In this document: piece after piece, positions 44,644 through 46,651 of the stretch
Layout: each line of letters starts with the position of its first letter
Numbering within the stretch: the first letter of the stretch is position 1
Origin: a virus
Taxonomy: Duplodnaviria > Caudoviricetes
Virus record (IMG/VR): IMGVR_UViG_3300016474_000913
Span: 1-46,651 of that record
Length of the DNA: 46,651 nucleotides
Reading direction: 5' to 3' (one strand)
The notes under the pieces: generated by a model
The model's input: the letters and a program-made list of their open reading frames with translations, nothing else
Database searches by the model: none
What the model was told of the DNA's origin: nothing
Position numbers and translations under genes: made by a program

Positions 44644-45429
44644 ATGCCAAACTCAACACCTTCTAATTTTCCAAATAAATATTCTCCTGGAGAAAAACCA
44701 CATCCTCGTAGCATTTCTACGGTTGCAAATACTTTAAAAGGTATATCAAACAGCAACTCTGCTGATGGAATACAAAGAAACTCTAGTTCCGGTGGAAATT
44801 TTAATGCTTTGGATCAAAGAAGTTTGAAACCTCCCATATGGGCCATGATAACCGGAGTTGGATTTATTTGGGTTCCCAAAGACCTTTCTGGATTAAATGC
44901 AGGAAGAGTTCCAAAAGGAAGTCTTTGTTATGGAATATATGGAGATGTAAAAGACGAGTATGGAAATATATTGGATAGTATGTTTGCAGAAACAGACTAC
45001 TTAGCTTTAGCTTGCTCCTGGGTTGAACTAACCGAAGATTTAAAATTTGGCAGGGTGTCGGATATCAACAAACGCCTTGGGAATGATGTTTTTGCAATTC
45101 CAAACGCATTTGTTCCAAAACCAGGAGACGGTGTAGCTCTTCCTGCTTGCTACCGAGTTGCCCCAATCTATCAGCCTAATACCAACTTTGGGACCATCCG
45201 AAAGAACCCTGCCTTTGATGTCAACATCATGCGAGCAGGAACCGGGTCTGAAGTTGGTCCTGGAAAAATTGTAAAGCTGTACTACGGAAATGGAAACTAC
45301 ATGCTTTTTAGCACAAGAACTCAAACTACAATGTTTGAACAAGGAATTAGTTACACTTCTCCTATGTTTCAAATTGGTCTTGAGCATGATGACGAACAGC
45401 CATGGCTTGAAAGCGAAGATCATCCTTAA
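44644..45429 (+). CDS. Tail-associated paralogue 2
   Basis: MPNSTPSNFP start; WAMITG, CSWVEL, GNGNYMLF. Confidence 0.65.
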   Translation: MPNSTPSNFPNKYSPGEKPHPRSISTVANTLKGISNSNSADGIQRNSSSGGNFNALDQRSLKPPIWAMITGVGFIWVPKDLSGLNAGRVPKGSLCYGIYGDVKDEYGNILDSMFAETDYLALACSWVELTEDLKFGRVSDINKRLGNDVFAIPNAFVPKPGDGVALPACYRVAPIYQPNTNFGTIRKNPAFDVNIMRAGTGSEVGPGKIVKLYYGNGNYMLFSTRTQTTMFEQGISYTSPMFQIGLEHDDEQPWLESEDHP

Positions 45430-45438
45430 GGAAACATC

Positions 45439-46275
45439 ATGCACTCGACCCCGACAAATATTCCACAATTTGATGCCGGAGATTCTATAAAAGCAAGAAC
45501 CTTAAATCATCTTGCTGAAATCACTAAGTCTAACTCTACCCAGACTAGCAGTCCGGGAATGCACGCACATAGCACATCTTCAGGAAATTCCATAAGCCTT
45601 GATATCAATCTTCAAAGTAAATCTATATGGGTACAGATAACAGGAGTTCGAAAAAAATACGCATTGGGAGCGTATCCAAGCTTAAGTGATCCTGATTGTC
45701 CAGACATAGCCGGACAGTTTGAATACTGTTTTCCACCTTTTAATCCGGCAACATGCCCCAACTACTGGTACGCCTACTCCTGGGTTGAGCTTATCGAAGA
45801 CTACGATTTAAAAAGACACGGGTCAGAAATTTTTAGAGTGTTTCCAGATACCAAACTACCTACATACACTCAACCTTTCAATAACATCAACCATCTTACT
45901 TCTGGAGAACCTTTAGAAATTTACAAAAGATCCTGTCGAGACATTTCCGCAGAGTATCAATCCGCAGGAGGCATGTTTGGTTACATCAATAATGTTCCTT
46001 TACTTGAGGTTCAAAATCAAATACTGCCCAAAGGTTTTATAACTCGAGCTTATTTTGGAAAAGGCAACTACTTACTAACGGTTTCTCCTAGCACATTTGC
46101 CACTTACAACACAAAAGCTTTTCCTCTTTTTTCCTACCCTGACAAATGTCAAACCGTTGACAGTAAAATTTTTGGATACTTAGGAGATTTTAGCAAAGAT
46201 TCTGTGGATGGATATTTTTCCAGCTCGTTTGTTCAGCCTGAAAAAGTAACCTATAGCAGTCAAAGGCCAGCTTAA
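45439..46275 (+). CDS. Tail-associated paralogue 3
   Basis: MHSTPTNIP start; WVQITG, YSWVEL, GKGNYLL. Confidence 0.65.
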   Translation: MHSTPTNIPQFDAGDSIKARTLNHLAEITKSNSTQTSSPGMHAHSTSSGNSISLDINLQSKSIWVQITGVRKKYALGAYPSLSDPDCPDIAGQFEYCFPPFNPATCPNYWYAYSWVELIEDYDLKRHGSEIFRVFPDTKLPTYTQPFNNINHLTSGEPLEIYKRSCRDISAEYQSAGGMFGYINNVPLLEVQNQILPKGFITRAYFGKGNYLLTVSPSTFATYNTKAFPLFSYPDKCQTVDSKIFGYLGDFSKDSVDGYFSSSFVQPEKVTYSSQRPA

Positions 46276-46277
46276 TA

Positions 46278-46651
46278 ATGAAAATTTTTGAATCTCGCCC
46301 CTGTGTTTGCAACCGAGTTACCACTGGAAAATACTACAACTTGAACGATTGCATCGACTGCTGGTCCTACTACTTTGACCCTGTGTGGTCCGAGCGCTGG
46401 GGAAAACCTGCGGACAAAAAACCTCCCCATCCTCTCTTGGAAGACTTAAATCCCGAGTTTGACAAAGAGCTTCGTAAACAACTTCAGGAATCTTTTACCC
46501 CCGATAAAACTGTAACTAACGCTTCTCAAGAACTTAAGGATCAAAAACCGTTTAGTCGATCCCTGGCCTGCATCAACCTGGGCACCATTGTCTCCCGTGC
46601 CAACTGCAACTGCCCTTTCAAGTTTGTGCACAAGTGCGACAAGCACGAATT
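46278..46651 (+). CDS. Cys-rich protein, partial (runs off the window end)
   Basis: MKIFESRPCVC...CIDCW...CINLG...CNC...CDKH; open to the window end. Confidence 0.6.
   Translation, partial: MKIFESRPCVCNRVTTGKYYNLNDCIDCWSYYFDPVWSERWGKPADKKPPHPLLEDLNPEFDKELRKQLQESFTPDKTVTNASQELKDQKPFSRSLACINLGTIVSRANCNCPFKFVHKCDKHE

Noticed and set aside
40510-46275. Diversity-generating retroelement acting on the fibre genes
   Set aside because: No reverse transcriptase motif and no adenine-variant repeat pair seen in the window.

Overview
This window looks like part of a tailed dsDNA phage genome (siphovirus-like, HK97-type head). The host is possibly a planctomycete, which is a weak inference. Left arm (1-16.2 kb): almost all genes are on the minus strand and are small early or accessory genes. 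Right arm (19.4-46.6 kb, plus strand): portal, multidomain prohead protease, major capsid protein, neck, two tail-tube-like paralogues, a -1 frameshifted tail chaperone, a 2594-aa tape-measure-like protein carrying DEDDh exonuclease, HExxH metallopeptidase and thermonuclease domains, and tail fibres. No terminase, integrase or DNA polymerase is recognisable. The most unusual region is 9.7-16.3 kb. It holds a 744-aa protein with the motif series of QDE-1/RDR/YonO-type two-barrel RNA polymerases, but with a DADD active-site loop and the RNP motif placed after that loop instead of before it. The four-gene block containing this gene is bracketed by two twister ribozymes with covarying stems, each starting in a stop codon, and it contains a 46-nt tRNA-elbow-like element. 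Downstream lie four short transcription units sharing a 19-bp upstream motif, a candidate promoter for the phage polymerase. All family calls come from motif recognition by eye, and no searches were run.
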